From Balanoglossus misakiensis (lineage: Eukaryota; Animalia; Hemichordata): 64,000 bases of DNA. Positions within the stretch are counted from its first letter, which is position 1. Every line of letters starts with the position of its first letter. Of the stretch, positions 63,069 to 64,000 are shown piece by piece. Position numbers and translations under genes: made by a program. The stretch spans positions 5,454,849 to 5,518,848 of the forward strand of contig CM082583.2 of assembly GCA_040954595.2 (NCBI GenBank), in the 5' to 3' direction. The notes under the pieces are model-generated. The model saw only the letters and a list, made by a program, of their open reading frames with translations. It was not told the DNA's origin and made no database searches.

Positions 63069-64000
63069 GTAAGTGGGTTAATTAAACCGCAGGGGATCAT
63101 GCAATGCAAACACTTAAACTGGCCAGTAACGTTTGAATTGCTCATTTGCATACGGTTTTTCAACTTTTTTCACAACGAAAGTTAAGCAACTTGCAACCCA
63201 TTGCTGACAATTATTTCACCCCAGGCACATTACTGGTACTATGAGTGTACTACATGTGATTTTTCATGAAGTTTTATCGAGAAGAATTTCTTTACTTCCA
63301 CTGACAAAATTGTGATCACGAAATTCAAAGTGACCTTGAAGTTAAAAAATCAAAAAAAAAATATCAGCCATACCCACACAAAAATTAACCCCCTCAGGTT
63401 TTAGAAACATTATTAAACTCCTCTATTCATAATTTTGACATGAATATATCCATGCCGAGAGTCAAGGACCACAATTTACAGTGCCATAGGTCAGTCCTGA
63501 GAAGTCAGTCAGCGTGAATAGTGTATAGACTCCTTATGTAATATGCTAATGAGAGATAACGATGTGTTGAAAAGGAAGCCATTACGTCATGGGTTAACAT
63601 GCGTTGACCTACTTCAATGCATACACATATGGCAAACACGGCTGTACTCGTCGATGGCGAAGGCAATTTTTACACCGTCATTACTCCACAACGGAGCGGC
63701 TCACACTATTATAATTTCACGGTAACTTAGTTCAATATCTTCCTAACCTACCCAATTTTTTTCAAGACAAGAAATCTTTGCCGAGAGTCAAGGACCACTA
63801 TTTAAACCAACATACCGAAACTGTCTATCTCGGGAACGCGTCGTTTAAACTTCACGAAAAATCATCCTATCATTGACTATGGTGTTTCATACACGTCATA
63901 GAAAAATGGATGCACTACGATCACTTGTAGTACCGAAAATCTCCGTTTGAAAATTTTTCCAACTGGCTGTAACTGCCACTCAGCGACGTTCACATTCAAA

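Overview
This is eukaryotic, intron-rich animal DNA. The single-copy-like ZNF608/609 and SHC genes and the repeat style suggest an invertebrate deuterostome such as a hemichordate or amphioxus (inference). Three protein-coding genes can be assembled by hand with GT-AG sites and consistent phases. (1) A ZNF608/ZNF609 (brakeless/scribbler-family) gene on +, with 6 coding exons at 5693-21908 (about 1654 aa) and a 3' UTR to about 24.7 kb. (2) CCDC112 on -, with 13 coding exons at 34345-29100 (494 aa). (3) An SHC adaptor gene on + (PTB domain plus CH1, 46821 to beyond 63068; SH2 exons lie past the window), head-to-head with CCDC112. The non-coding DNA holds small MITEs (Mutator-like, piggyBac-like, TA-flanked), microsatellites and two possible decayed transposon-protein fossils. 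Main points of interest: the circ-ZNF609-homologous exon is 741 nt and stop-free, so a circle would be an endless ORF; SHC shows a p66/p52-like multi-promoter layout; its CH1 region is tyrosine-motif-rich; and TACATGTA is about 10-fold enriched, matching a Tc1-type excision footprint. I saw no prokaryotic systems, CRISPR arrays, rRNA or tRNA.
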